Origin: Leptonema illini DSM 21528
GTDB taxonomy: Bacteria; Spirochaetota; Leptospiria; Leptospirales; Leptonemataceae
Assembly (NCBI RefSeq): GCF_000243335.1
Contig: NZ_JH597773.1
Coordinates: forward strand, 3,008,156-3,032,155
Reading direction: 5' to 3'
DNA: 24,000 nucleotides
Shown: piece by piece, positions 16,268 to 24,000 of the stretch
Position numbering within the stretch: position 1 is the stretch's first letter
Layout: each line of letters starts with the position of its first letter
Translations under genes and position numbers: made by a program
The notes under the pieces: generated by a model
The model's input: only the letters and a program-made list of their open reading frames with translations
The model's database searches: none
Told to the model about the DNA's origin: nothing

Positions 16268-17689
16268 ATGAATACCGTGCTGTCAGCTCTCAGGCAGATC
16301 GTCAGAAGAGGCCACTGGAAAGGAGAAGGCGGCTACCGCGAGGTGCTTGCCATCTCGGTTCCGCTTATTCTCAGTACGTCGGCATGGTCGCTACAGATGT
16401 TCGTCGACCGCACATTTCTCAGCTGGTATTCGCCTGAAGCCCTTGCCGCCTCGCTGCCGGCCGGCATTCTCAATATTACGACGACAAGCATCTTCGCCGG
16501 CACAGCCGGATACGTCAGCGTTTTCGTCTCTCAGTATTACGGAGCAGGCCGTTTTTCACGTATGGGATCGGCGATGTGGCAGGGCATCTATATTGCTCTG
16601 ATCGGCGGCTTTATTCATCTGCTTCTGATTCCCTTTGCTCCGCAGATCTTCGCCCTGTTCGGCCATGAACCTGCCGTGCAGCGATTCGAGTCCGAGTATT
16701 TTCAGATGCTCTGTCTGGGTGCCGCTCCGCATATCGCATCCGCTGCTTTCTCGGGTTACTTCACCGGCATCGGTCGCACCTGGCCCGTTATGTGGATCAA
16801 CTTCGTAGCGACGGGCTTCAACCTAACGCTTGATTACGTTTTGATCTTCGGCAAATTCGGATTCCCCGAGATGGGCATGAAAGGCGCCGGCATCGCCACC
16901 TCGGCAGCAGCCGTCGTCTATTGCATTCTCTATGTCGGCCTGTTTTATATTCCGGGCTTCGCCGAAAACGACAACGCTCTCAGGCAGTGGCGCCTCGATC
17001 TCGAACTGTTCAAGCGTCTGATTCGCTTCGGACTTCCAAGCGGAATGCAGTTCTTCATCGATCTGGCGGGCTTCACGGGTTTCATTCTCATCGTCGGCCA
17101 TCTCGGAACCGAAGACCTGGCCGCGACAAACGTCGCCTTCAACGTGAACACGATCGCCTTCATGCCGATGATGGGGCTTGGCTTCGCCATCTCGATCCTT
17201 GTCGGCAAGTACCTCGGCGCCGAGAAGCCGCCGCTGGCCGAGTCGAGCTCTATTGCGGGCTTTCATCTTTCGTTCGCCTACATGAGCTTCATGGGGCTGT
17301 GCTATATCGCCCTGCCCTCGCTTTTTCTACTGCCGTTCGAGTTAGGCGCAGACCCTGAACGATTCGCCCCGGTCGCCGAGAAAGCGAAGATCCTTCTTCG
17401 CTTTCTCGCTCTGTTCGCCCTCTTTGACGGAATGAACATCATCTTTTCGTCGGCGTTAAAGGGCGCCGGCGATACGCGTTTCGTTATGTTCATGTTAACG
17501 ACGATGGCCATCTTCGGTCTGGTTCTACCCGTCGGCCTGGCCGTGTATTACTTTCAGGCGAATATCTACACGGTCTGGACGATCGCGACGGTGTACGGCC
17601 TGGTCCTTGCCCTTGGCTTCTTCGTGCGCTTCTCTCTCGGCCACTGGAAAGAGATGCGCGTCATCGAAGAGGCACCGCCTCTCGACTAA
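16268..17689 (+). CDS. MATE-family multidrug/toxin efflux transporter
   Basis: About 12 TM helices with a duplicated 6+6 layout and a typical MATE N-terminus (EVLAISVPLILSTSAWSLQMFVDRTFLSWYSPEALAA). The second half reads LIRFGLPSGMQFFIDLAGFTGFILIVGHLGTEDLAATNVAFN. I prefer ATG 16268. The track start at 16121 overlaps the divergent NUDIX gene. Confidence 0.9.
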   Translation: MNTVLSALRQIVRRGHWKGEGGYREVLAISVPLILSTSAWSLQMFVDRTFLSWYSPEALAASLPAGILNITTTSIFAGTAGYVSVFVSQYYGAGRFSRMGSAMWQGIYIALIGGFIHLLLIPFAPQIFALFGHEPAVQRFESEYFQMLCLGAAPHIASAAFSGYFTGIGRTWPVMWINFVATGFNLTLDYVLIFGKFGFPEMGMKGAGIATSAAAVVYCILYVGLFYIPGFAENDNALRQWRLDLELFKRLIRFGLPSGMQFFIDLAGFTGFILIVGHLGTEDLAATNVAFNVNTIAFMPMMGLGFAISILVGKYLGAEKPPLAESSSIAGFHLSFAYMSFMGLCYIALPSLFLLPFELGADPERFAPVAEKAKILLRFLALFALFDGMNIIFSSALKGAGDTRFVMFMLTTMAIFGLVLPVGLAVYYFQANIYTVWTIATVYGLVLALGFFVRFSLGHWKEMRVIEEAPPLD

Positions 17690-17729
17690 ACGCAGGCGGC
17701 AACATAGCGAAAAGGAGGCGGATAGGCAG

Positions 17730-18218
17730 ATGAGGAACATGACGATACTGCTTTTCATTTCATTGATATTGTGTCACACCCAGGGAATTATTGCCAGGCA
17801 AGAAACACTCCCTCAGAATCGTGCACAGGACTGTATTGAATTCAACGAAAGCATTCTAACTCTGTTTTCTGGAGCTGAAGGAATGATGTTTCTCTGGGAG
17901 GCATCTTATAGCGAAAGAACTGCTTCTGGCGACTGGCCAGATTACGGCCCGGGCCTGGTTTGCATTACGTTCATAAACGCAGGCGGGGAACAGATCCCTG
18001 GCGAATTCATTCATTACAAAGGAAACGTGCTTTATCGGTTAGTCGTGTATGAGAAGCCAGAATATGCGGTACAGGCTGCGGCTACGGCGTTCAAACGAGA
18101 AAGGACGATGGTTCGTGGGAACAGGCTGTTTACATATGCCGTTGATCAGGGGAACAGAAAAAATGTCTCTCCGATGATCCTGAAGGCTGCCGAAGATTTC
18201 TTGAATCGTCAGGATTGA
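17730..18218 (+). CDS. Hypothetical secreted protein with no recognisable family
   Basis: AGGAGG at 17713-17718 sits 11 nt before ATG 17730. Signal-peptide-like start MRNMTILLFISLILCHTQGIIA. The rest has no motif I recognise. The sequence is visibly more A+T-rich than its neighbours. Confidence 0.6.
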   Translation: MRNMTILLFISLILCHTQGIIARQETLPQNRAQDCIEFNESILTLFSGAEGMMFLWEASYSERTASGDWPDYGPGLVCITFINAGGEQIPGEFIHYKGNVLYRLVVYEKPEYAVQAAATAFKRERTMVRGNRLFTYAVDQGNRKNVSPMILKAAEDFLNRQD

Positions 18219-18348
18219 CTTCTTTCCCGCCACCGACCCGATTCCAGCACAGAAGAAACAGGCGATCGGTTAACAAATATCTGTCTCTTCCTCCGTGTCC
18301 TCGGAGCCCTCTGTGGTCAACTGGCTTCTTCCTGGCAGAATAGGATAG

Positions 18349-20709
18349 TCAAATCTCTCCCTGAAAGATATTGCGATACACAAACGTCGCCGTCCAGTCC
18401 TGCGTAAGAGGCAGCTCGTATTCCATAACCTGAACGGAGCGATCTTCGCTGCCGAGCGTCCTCACAGAGCCCTGTATCTTCTTATTCTTCTGGTTCATCT
18501 GTCGGTAAGGAAGAGGCAGGCGCAGCGTTAGCTTAGACTGCGTCGGCTGATATTCTCGAGTCGTCACCGTCCATTCCAGAGAGACATCGCCGTTGCGGTC
18601 TCGTTTGCCTTTCAGTCGGGCCTCAAAGGTTTTGCCGTGCGCATAATCGAGGCTCAGGCCGTCGTCAAGAATCAGCGTACCCTGGACCTCCTGATCGGGA
18701 TACACCTGTATAAAGATATCGTTAGCCAGAGTCTCCTCTGCATTGCGTCCGGGGCGGGCGAACGGAATCATCGAACCCGAACGAATAAAAAGAGGATAAT
18801 AACCCGGCGAAACAGGAATCTGAACGCGGCCTCCTCTATAAAGATCGCCCGTTTCGAACTCGTACCAATCGCCGGGAGGAAGCTCGACGACGCGCTCCCT
18901 GAGCGAGGGCTGCATGACGGGTGCGGCAAGAAGTGCCGGACCGAGCATAAACTGCGATGACGTTCTCGCATACTCCACCGAAGGGAATTCAAGAAAAAGA
19001 GGCCGGACGATAGGCATGCCCGTGCGATGGGCCTCCCAGAAGAGCGAATAGATGTACGGCAGAAGGCTGTAGCGCCGATTGATATGCTTGCGTGCGTTCT
19101 GTAATACTTCGGGCCCGTAGCTCCACGGATCCTGACTGTACGAATAGAGCGTCGTGTGGATGCGAAAAAACGGCATCAACGATCCAAGCTCCACCCAGCG
19201 CTGAAAAAGCTCGGGCTGCCGGCGCAGCTTCAAAGCGCCGAGTTTGCCCGATCTCGAACCGAAACCGCCGACATCCGCTCCGCTGAACGGCACGCCGCAC
19301 AATCCAAGGTTAACGATCTGATAGAGGTTATCGCGAAGATGCGCCCAGCTTGAATGATTATCGCCGGTCCAGAGCGCGGCATACTTCTGGATGCCCGAGA
19401 AGGCCGAGCGCGTCAGCACAAACGGACGCTGGCCGGGCTTCCATACGTTGAAGGCCTCGTTGGTGGCCTTCGCTTCGAGGTTGCCATAAAGATTGCGATA
19501 GCGCAGATGCGAGCCGTCGACGTGTGTGATATCTTCGTCAAGCGGCTCCGTCGTCTTGCCCATCTTCAAAGCGGGCTCGTTCATATCGTTCCAGATGCCG
19601 CTCACGCCGGCATTAAAGATAGGCTTATGCTGACGGGCCCACCAGTAGCGCGTATCCTCCCGCACGAAATCCGGGAAGGCGCACAGACCGGGCCAGACCT
19701 TGCCGATGTAAAGCGAGCCGTCGCTTTTGCGGCAGAAATGATCGCCTTCCAATCCGCCTCTGTAGACATCATAGTCGTCTTTCGCAGCGACGCCGGGATC
19801 GATGATAGCGACGGTACGCACGCCCTGCTCGGCAAGCTCCGCATGCAATCGTTCGGGCTCGGCGAATTTTTCGGGATTCCAGGTGAACACCCTGTAGCGA
19901 TCCATATAGTGAATGTCAAGATGGATTACGTCAAGAGGAAGCCGGTGCTGTCTTGCCGTCTTCGCTATCTCAAGCACCTTCTTCTGACTGCGATACGACC
20001 ATCGGGACTGATGATAGCCGAGCGCCCAGACAGGCGGCAAAAACGGCTGCCCTGTTAACTGTGCATAGGAACGCAGGATGTCGGCTGGCGAGCCGGTGAA
20101 TAATACAAGATCGATCGGAGCCGGCTCTTTTTCAACGGAGGTAGGAAGATGGCGGCTGACGTGAATCTCGAGGCCTTCTTCAATCCTCGTATCTCTTTGA
20201 ATATCGAACTGCTGCGGGTACGAGCTGTTCAGCAACAATCCAAACGACTGGCCTTCGGACCGGAAAAACAGAAAGGGAAAGGCGGAGTAAGACTGGTCCT
20301 TCACTTCATAAAATAGAGTATCGATCGTGCGCAGCAAATAACGGCCTTCGTTTCGATCTCTCTTGCCCTCGAAGGCGCCGAGCCCGTAGACCTCCATGGT
20401 CGACATCAGACGCAGCAGAAGGAATCTCTGCTCGTCCATCTGCATGCGCCCTTTCAGCAGGGTCTGCCCCTCAAGGTCGATACGAAAGCTTCCGGTCGGA
20501 GGATCGAGCACAAAGCGAAAGCTCTTGCGCCGGGCGATGATCTTGCTTTCGCTATCCTTAACGATCTGAAGGGATTCCTTGCGTCCGGATAGCGGGATGC
20601 CTGGCAGGTCGTCCACCGAATCGGCGGGATCGATCAATCTGCAAATGCGGAATACCTGGGCCGAATACGCAAAGACCCGGAAGCTGCCTTCTTTCTGATG
20701 TTTCTGCAT
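18349..20709 (-). CDS. Glycoside hydrolase family 31 (alpha-glucosidase/alpha-xylosidase type)
   Basis: GH31 catalytic signatures GIWNDMNEP (nucleophile Asp), LWTGDNHSSW and FSGADVGGF. I prefer ATG 20709 (MQKHQKEG...). The 84-codon N-terminal extension in the track (to 20961) is Arg/Ser-rich and overlaps the divergent gene. Confidence 0.9.
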   Translation of the reverse strand: MQKHQKEGSFRVFAYSAQVFRICRLIDPADSVDDLPGIPLSGRKESLQIVKDSESKIIARRKSFRFVLDPPTGSFRIDLEGQTLLKGRMQMDEQRFLLLRLMSTMEVYGLGAFEGKRDRNEGRYLLRTIDTLFYEVKDQSYSAFPFLFFRSEGQSFGLLLNSSYPQQFDIQRDTRIEEGLEIHVSRHLPTSVEKEPAPIDLVLFTGSPADILRSYAQLTGQPFLPPVWALGYHQSRWSYRSQKKVLEIAKTARQHRLPLDVIHLDIHYMDRYRVFTWNPEKFAEPERLHAELAEQGVRTVAIIDPGVAAKDDYDVYRGGLEGDHFCRKSDGSLYIGKVWPGLCAFPDFVREDTRYWWARQHKPIFNAGVSGIWNDMNEPALKMGKTTEPLDEDITHVDGSHLRYRNLYGNLEAKATNEAFNVWKPGQRPFVLTRSAFSGIQKYAALWTGDNHSSWAHLRDNLYQIVNLGLCGVPFSGADVGGFGSRSGKLGALKLRRQPELFQRWVELGSLMPFFRIHTTLYSYSQDPWSYGPEVLQNARKHINRRYSLLPYIYSLFWEAHRTGMPIVRPLFLEFPSVEYARTSSQFMLGPALLAAPVMQPSLRERVVELPPGDWYEFETGDLYRGGRVQIPVSPGYYPLFIRSGSMIPFARPGRNAEETLANDIFIQVYPDQEVQGTLILDDGLSLDYAHGKTFEARLKGKRDRNGDVSLEWTVTTREYQPTQSKLTLRLPLPYRQMNQKNKKIQGSVRTLGSEDRSVQVMEYELPLTQDWTATFVYRNIFQGEI

Positions 20710-20806
20710 GGGTTTGTATAAAAAGACCTTTGTTTCTGATTCAATATCGGCCTGCCTCTCTTTTTTTTCCTGTCCTTTTCCGGGCCGCTTCCGGTTTCTG
20801 ATCATC

Positions 20807-21826
20807 ATGAGTCGTGAACTGCGAAATAGAATCCTGCTTCTCTCCCTTGTCGTCGGCGCTGGCGCCCTGGCGCTCGCCGTACTTCTGCCTCCGGGGTATC
20901 GTTCCAAAAAGCGAACGCTACCGGCCACCTTCGATGAATACCTGAAAGAAAAACTGCGCATCTCGCACGAAAAGGGCGCACGCCCTGGAAACGAAGAGCG
21001 CCTGATCCGCTACGCCGATAAGACCGAGTTTGCCATTCTCTATATTCACGGATACGGTGCCTCCCGCGCCGAGGGGGAGCTTGTCGTCGACCAGCTTGCC
21101 GAGAAATTCAAGGCCAACACCTACTACGTGCGCCTTCCGGGCCACGGCACGAATCCAGAGGATCATGCTCAGGCCACCTTCTCGGATTATATCAACGAGG
21201 TCGAAGATGCCTATCAGATGACGCGTCTGCTCGGCGATCGCGTCATCATCGTCGGCACAAGTATGGGAGGCCTTCTGGCAACGTATCTGGGTTCCAGACA
21301 CCCTGAAATCGACGGCCTGATCCTCACCTCGCCGTTTTATGATTTCGAGGACTGGCTGGGACGTCTTGCCAACGAACCCGGCGCCATGTATCTGCTCGAA
21401 ACCGTCAACGGCAGCGCCTTTCGCAAAACCGAGAAGCGTCCGGATGATCCGAACGACAAACGAATTGAGGGATACCAGGATTTCTGGTACACAAAACAAT
21501 ATCTGAAGGCCATAAAATCCCTTGAGAATCTGCGGGAATACGCAGCCAACAGCGGTACCTACGAACGCCTGACCATGCCCGTGCTTCTACTCTACTATTA
21601 TAAAGATGAGCAGCATAAGGATCAGACGGCATCGGTTCCTGCCATGCTCGACGCCTTTCACCAGTTCGGAATGCTCGACAAACCCAATCCGCTCAACCGC
21701 GCCGTCGCCATCGAACGGGGCAATCATGTGCTGCTCAGCCGCTGGGTGGATGCCGATTATGACCGGTCGCTTCAGGAGATGGTACTCTTCGTCAACGCCG
21801 TAAAATCCCGGAATGTAAAAAAATAA
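20807..21826 (+). CDS. Alpha/beta-fold hydrolase (lipase/esterase-like) with an N-terminal membrane anchor or signal
   Basis: I prefer ATG 20807 (MSRELRNRILLLSLVVGAGALALAVLL). It has an oxyanion-type HG (ILYIHGYGAS), a nucleophile elbow GTSMGG (GxSxG) and a C-terminal His region (ERGNHVLL). Confidence 0.8.
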   Translation: MSRELRNRILLLSLVVGAGALALAVLLPPGYRSKKRTLPATFDEYLKEKLRISHEKGARPGNEERLIRYADKTEFAILYIHGYGASRAEGELVVDQLAEKFKANTYYVRLPGHGTNPEDHAQATFSDYINEVEDAYQMTRLLGDRVIIVGTSMGGLLATYLGSRHPEIDGLILTSPFYDFEDWLGRLANEPGAMYLLETVNGSAFRKTEKRPDDPNDKRIEGYQDFWYTKQYLKAIKSLENLREYAANSGTYERLTMPVLLLYYYKDEQHKDQTASVPAMLDAFHQFGMLDKPNPLNRAVAIERGNHVLLSRWVDADYDRSLQEMVLFVNAVKSRNVKK

Positions 21827-21857
21827 TACACAGACGGGTTTCAATCTCTATCTTGGC

Positions 21858-21880
21858 AGGGTGCAGAAGCTGCACCCTTT
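21858..21880 (+). terminator. Candidate terminator hairpin after the alpha/beta hydrolase gene
   Basis: Perfect 9-bp stem AGGGTGCAG (21858-21866) / CTGCACCCT (21870-21878) with a 3-nt loop, followed by a short TTT. It starts 31 nt after the stop at 21826. The U-tract is weak. Confidence 0.5.
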
Positions 21881-21893
21881 CAGGAACAGATTC

Positions 21894-22247
21894 ATGCCAG
21901 GCCATTGCGTATCACCGACCGTGCTCGTTCTCACCGATGATCCCGCATTGCGAGATATTCTGAGCACCTCTCTGCTGGAGCGCGGTCTTCGCTATCAGGC
22001 CTCTGACAGCTACGACGACGTCGACATCAACTTCTGCCTGATCATCGCCGGCCCCGATAAAAGCGCCACCGAGATCGGTTTTCGACTGCGCGAGATTGGC
22101 GGAATTCCGCCCTGCATCCTGCTTCTGCGAAACGAAACGACCGATGCCAATCCCATCCGTTGCTGCCGCTGCAAAACGCTTTTTCTGCCGATGGACATCT
22201 TCCATCTTCCCCAGGCTCTCGACCAGCTGCTGGCCTTCCACGACTGA
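21894..22247 (+). CDS. Hypothetical protein with a degenerate receiver (REC)-like pattern
   Basis: AGGA at 21882-21885 sits 8 nt before ATG 21894. The alternating beta/alpha pattern resembles CheY-like domains (VLVLTDDP...; CLIIAGPD; PCILLLRNE; TLFLPMD). However, the phospho-acceptor Asp, the Thr/Ser and the Lys positions appear substituted. This is a by-eye assignment. Confidence 0.4.
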   Translation: MPGHCVSPTVLVLTDDPALRDILSTSLLERGLRYQASDSYDDVDINFCLIIAGPDKSATEIGFRLREIGGIPPCILLLRNETTDANPIRCCRCKTLFLPMDIFHLPQALDQLLAFHD

Positions 22248-22381
22248 CCCTTACCCTGAAGGCCTGCTCGAACCTCAGAGCCGCTTCATTTTTACTGAAA
22301 TTCTGCCTTTCTGATCCACAAATCCGAAAAAAAGAGCTATACATGTAACCCGAAACATGCCAGAGTCGAACCGGTACAGGC

Positions 22382-22798
22382 ATGGACGGGCTGCACTCTA
22401 AAAAAGCCGGCACATCGCAACGCAGGATCTTCACTGCGGCGGCTATTTTTATGGCCCTTTCCTTTACCGGTAACCTCTACTGTGCCGCCTCCTGTGAAGT
22501 TGGGGCCGCGCCCGTTACGCCGGCAGCTGATTGCCCCATGCATTCCGGGCAGCCGGTGAACGATCCCTATAACGACCGGGGCGATCATGGCAATAGCTGT
22601 CCGGGCTGCTCCGATAGTAAGGTTGCTCCTGAAAAGGCCTCGCAGCTTCAGCCGACTGAGGTTGCCCTGCCTTTCTACGAGGCCTCTCTGCCGCTTATTA
22701 AAGAGCCTGCAGCTCCCGATATCTTCCGTCATTCACTCGATCCTGCCACGTCTCCTCCTCTTCGCCTTTTCTTGAGGTTAAGAGTTCTTCGCATATAG
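22382..22798 (+). CDS. Hypothetical secreted Cys/His-rich protein, possibly a periplasmic metal-binding accessory protein
   Basis: Basic N-terminus plus a hydrophobic stretch (KKAGTSQRRIFTAAAIFMALSFTG). It then carries CAASC, CPMH and HGNSCPGC motifs within about 45 residues. It lies immediately upstream of a TolC/CzcC-type gene. There is no strong SD sequence. Confidence 0.5.
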   Translation: MDGLHSKKAGTSQRRIFTAAAIFMALSFTGNLYCAASCEVGAAPVTPAADCPMHSGQPVNDPYNDRGDHGNSCPGCSDSKVAPEKASQLQPTEVALPFYEASLPLIKEPAAPDIFRHSLDPATSPPLRLFLRLRVLRI

Positions 22799-22834
22799 CC
22801 TCCAGAGATTCTCTTCTGAGTCTCTGGAGGTTTT
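22799..22834 (+). promoter_or_regulatory. Strong hairpin plus U-run that sequesters the Shine-Dalgarno sequence of the downstream efflux outer-membrane gene (attenuator/terminator-like)
   Basis: CCTCCAGAGA (22799-22808) pairs perfectly with TCTCTGGAGG (22821-22830) and can extend by U.G, U-A and C-G to 13 pairs with a 6-nt loop. TTTT (22831-22834) follows, and then ATG 22835. The GGAGG at 22826-22830 is the only SD for that ATG and lies entirely in the 3' arm. Confidence 0.6.
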
Positions 22835-24000
22835 ATGTTTCATGGAATAACGCGCCCTGCATTCGTACGGGAATACCGTCGATTCATCCTGCTCTTTTTC
22901 ATAGGAGCTCTGTCGCATCCTGTTGTTGCGGCACCGGCTGATCTGCCGGAACAGTCGTTCAAAGAACGCCTGCTATTATTAACGAGAAATCATCCGCGCA
23001 CAAAGGCAGCGGCCGAACGACTGGCCGCCGCTCTGGCAAAGGCGCGCTACAGCGGATGGTATTATCCTGATCCGATGATCGGCTTCACCTACATGGAAGC
23101 CCCGTATAAGAAAGATCCGGCCGATCTTTCGCCGAAGGCCTTTATGGAAACGGAGCTGATGATCAGTCAGGCCATTCCCACACCGGGACGGCTGTCTCTG
23201 GAATCCGATATCGTCGATCTCGAAGCACAGAAGGCGCGCCTGCGCCTGATGGCGACGTCTAACGAGCTGACGGCCTCGTTTCTACGAGACGTAACGGCTG
23301 CATGGCGTATCCATCATCATCTGGATCTGACGAGACAGTATCTGAGCCGATTCCAGCCGATCCTTTCCATTTCGGGGGCGCAGTATGCTCTGGGCAAGGG
23401 AGGATTAGCCGACATCTCGATGGCGCGGCTCTCATCGCGCAACCTCGAAGAGAAGCTGCAACGATACGAAAAGCAGCATGAAGCGGCCGAGGCGACATTG
23501 TCATATTATGCTCCGGACATAAAGACGATGCATAACTTCGATGCCGTCGCCGGCTACGCCGAAGAACTCCTTGTGGCGATCAAGAAAGAATCGCGCAAAG
23601 TGGCCGAGCTTTCCCCCGAGCTTGCGATGGCCTCTCTTGATTCGCAGATCGAAGAGAAACGCACGACGATCGATAAGCTGGACTATGCCCCCGATTTTAC
23701 GATCTTTGCGAAGTATCTGCGAAGTCGACCGGGCAATATGGAACCGCCCGAAACGTTACCCGACAATCGCATCTCGCTCGGATTCACCATGCGCGTTCCG
23801 CTGTGGTCGGCGCTGAATAACCATAACAACGTTGAAGAGTCCAGCCGACTTACCGACGCCGCACGGTTTCAATACGACGATCTCAATCTCGCCGCCGAGG
23901 CAGGCCGTCGCGCCCTGCTCTCTGACATCGAAAGCGCCACCGAACGCATCAAACTTTACAGAGGCCGCATGATTCCCGAGGCAAACCGAGCCGTGCTTGC
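22835..24000 (+). CDS. TolC-family outer-membrane efflux protein (CzcC/CusC-like), 3' end beyond the window
   Basis: My own translation from ATG 22835 is open to the window end; the ORF track omits it because there is no stop. Signal peptide FILLFFIGALSHPVVAAPA. OEP-type repeats: NHPRTKAAAERLAAALAKARYSGWYYPDPMIGFTY...; DYAPDFTIFAKY...; ISLGFTMRVPLWSALNNHNNVEES. Confidence 0.85.
   Translation, partial: MFHGITRPAFVREYRRFILLFFIGALSHPVVAAPADLPEQSFKERLLLLTRNHPRTKAAAERLAAALAKARYSGWYYPDPMIGFTYMEAPYKKDPADLSPKAFMETELMISQAIPTPGRLSLESDIVDLEAQKARLRLMATSNELTASFLRDVTAAWRIHHHLDLTRQYLSRFQPILSISGAQYALGKGGLADISMARLSSRNLEEKLQRYEKQHEAAEATLSYYAPDIKTMHNFDAVAGYAEELLVAIKKESRKVAELSPELAMASLDSQIEEKRTTIDKLDYAPDFTIFAKYLRSRPGNMEPPETLPDNRISLGFTMRVPLWSALNNHNNVEESSRLTDAARFQYDDLNLAAEAGRRALLSDIESATERIKLYRGRMIPEANRAVL

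Noticed and set aside
20710-20961. N-terminal extensions of track ORFs. These are GH31 to 20961, alpha/beta hydrolase from 20708, MATE from 16121, the orphan from 17607, the cyclase to 11676, DoxX-like to 6565 (TTG), thioredoxin-like to 4830 (TTG), purT from 13670 (TTG) and the fusion gene from 7917.
   Set aside because: The extensions overlap divergent neighbours or upstream genes, have junk-like composition, and have internal ATGs with better SD sequences or signal peptides that match family N-termini.
23259-23816. Track ORFs 23259-23504(-) and 23541-23816(+).
   Set aside because: Both lie inside the open TolC-family reading frame (22835 to the window end), which has clear family features. 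Their translations are junk-like.
1-24000. Search for CRISPR repeats, tRNA/rRNA, transposases, integrases, long direct or inverted repeats, and phage genes.
   Set aside because: I found none by eye. The intergenic regions are short (258 bp or less) and hold only local hairpins.

Overview
This is a densely coding 24-kb chromosomal window from a diderm bacterium: lpxA is truncated at the left edge and a TolC/CzcC-type outer-membrane efflux gene runs off the right edge. It is moderately GC-rich. I recognise no rRNA, tRNA, CRISPR array, transposase, integrase or terminal inverted repeats, so it does not look like a mobile island. I call about 24 protein genes. Left to right they are: lpxA (partial); an ElaB/YqjD-like plus YqjE-like membrane pair followed by a J-domain protein; a CDF metal exporter; a PAS-GGDEF diguanylate cyclase; a minus-strand operon of DoxX-like protein, 6TM class III adenylate cyclase and secreted thioredoxin-like protein; a plus-strand four-gene operon of DinB-family protein, NRDE/TANGO2-like protein, DedA(VTT)::ATP-grasp fusion and OlsB/FeeM-like N-acyltransferase; a stand-alone tandem-domain soluble-AC-like cyclase; an MCP; purT; a NUDIX plus MBL-fold hydrolase pair; a MATE exporter; an A+T-shifted orphan secreted protein; a GH31 glycosidase; an alpha/beta hydrolase; and a degenerate receiver-like protein and a Cys/His-rich secreted protein leading into the efflux outer-membrane gene. 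The best candidate for an undescribed system is the DinB/NRDE/DedA-ATP-grasp/N-acyltransferase operon (6653-10322). It looks like a membrane-associated aminolipid or lipopeptide-type modification pathway that does not match the canonical olsBA layout. Secondary points of interest are the redox-flavoured cyclase operon, the compact sAC-like cyclase, and a strong hairpin that buries the ribosome-binding site of the efflux outer-membrane gene. All functional calls come from reading motifs in the supplied translations. No database search was run.
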